Shown one piece after another: positions 63,101 through 64,000 of a stretch of 64,000 nucleotides of DNA. The translations under genes and the position numbers were made by a program. The notes below the pieces were generated by a model. That model worked only from the letters and a program-made list of their open reading frames with translations, was not told the DNA's origin and did not search any database. The first letter of the stretch is position 1; the number at the start of each line of letters is the position of its first letter. Origin of the DNA: Eledone cirrhosa (Eukaryota); assembly GCA_964016885.1 (NCBI GenBank), contig OZ024743.1, forward strand, positions 63,240,001 through 63,304,000, written 5' to 3'.

Positions 63101-64000
63101 TAAAAGAAAAGCAAAATGCATTGAGAGACAGGGGGGTTAGAGAAATACAAAAGTAACTTAAAACTAAAAACCAAATGGAGTCCTTTATGCTCTTGGTAAA
63201 TATATCAAACAACAACAAAGCACTTTTAGACAATACAGAACAGATCATGTCATCATCATTATCACAGTTTAACATCTATTTTCCATACTTGCATGGGTTG
63301 GAGAGGCTGTCATGTTCTGAAGCTAGATAAATCGAGTGACCACAACTAGCTGATACATTCCATTTTTGGCATTGTTTCTAAGGCTGGATGACTTTCTTAA
63401 TGCCAACCACTTTACAGAGTGTACTGAGACCATTTTATCATAGCACTAGCACTACCACTTTACAGTGTGGGCTGGGGGCATTTTATTGTGAAACCAACAC
63501 AGTGTGGACTGGGTACTTTTTAGCATGACACCAAAACTACAGCTTTATAGAGTGGGCTGGGTGCACAGTACCATCACTAGCCCAATTACAATACTAGGGT
63601 GCTTGCGTACTCAGCCATGCTGGGAAGGTAGTGATTGGAGTGGGGGAAGTATGATGGAGGGGTGGGGGCATGAATATTCATTGTTACATTTAAGCAGAAG
63701 GAAAGAAAACTTTATCTCACTCAATATGAATGTGTATAAGTATGAAATCAAGAAAAGAGCTGCAGGCTACACTCAAGTGAGGGGGGGGGGGGGGGTACAT
63801 TTTTATGTCTGAACTGAGACATAACAGCTACAATAGAAAACTATTTCAACAGCAAGGCCTATCCTTCAATATTTGTTTGACCCCAAAAACTTTAATCTCC
63901 TTCAGGAGGTAAGCTATTGTAAAATTCAATGTTCATTTGAGCAATAATGCTTCAATACTCAAAGTGCAATTATTAATATTACTATGCCAATAACTCTGGG

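Overview
AT-rich, repeat-dense animal genomic DNA. The SINE, MITE and LINE families and the microsatellite load suggest an octopod (coleoid cephalopod) genome; this is inference from pattern recognition, not a search result. The only host coding sequence I can support is two small minus-strand exons (16601-16679 and 8832-8921). They splice in frame into the leucine-rich-repeat region of a Scribble-type LAP protein, so almost the whole window is probably intron. The introns hold: a nearly full-length RTE LINE with an open APE-RT frame and a PHD-like finger inside the RT (42391-45693), many shorter RTE fragments and 3' tails, two R4/Dong-like RLE LINE 3' ends, a decayed Penelope-like (Naiad-type) element, an L1/Tx1 3' fragment, two non-autonomous Helitrons with shared ends but different interiors, three tRNA-derived SINE families, TTAA-, TA- and hAT-type MITEs, two decayed hammerhead-ribozyme motifs, a 113-bp foldback and a 1.6-kb purine-rich compound minisatellite. 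Most short ORFs in the track are noise or repeat translations. I found no clearly novel multi-gene system; the best leads concern transposon biology and intronic RNA structure. Boundaries of degenerate repeats are approximate.
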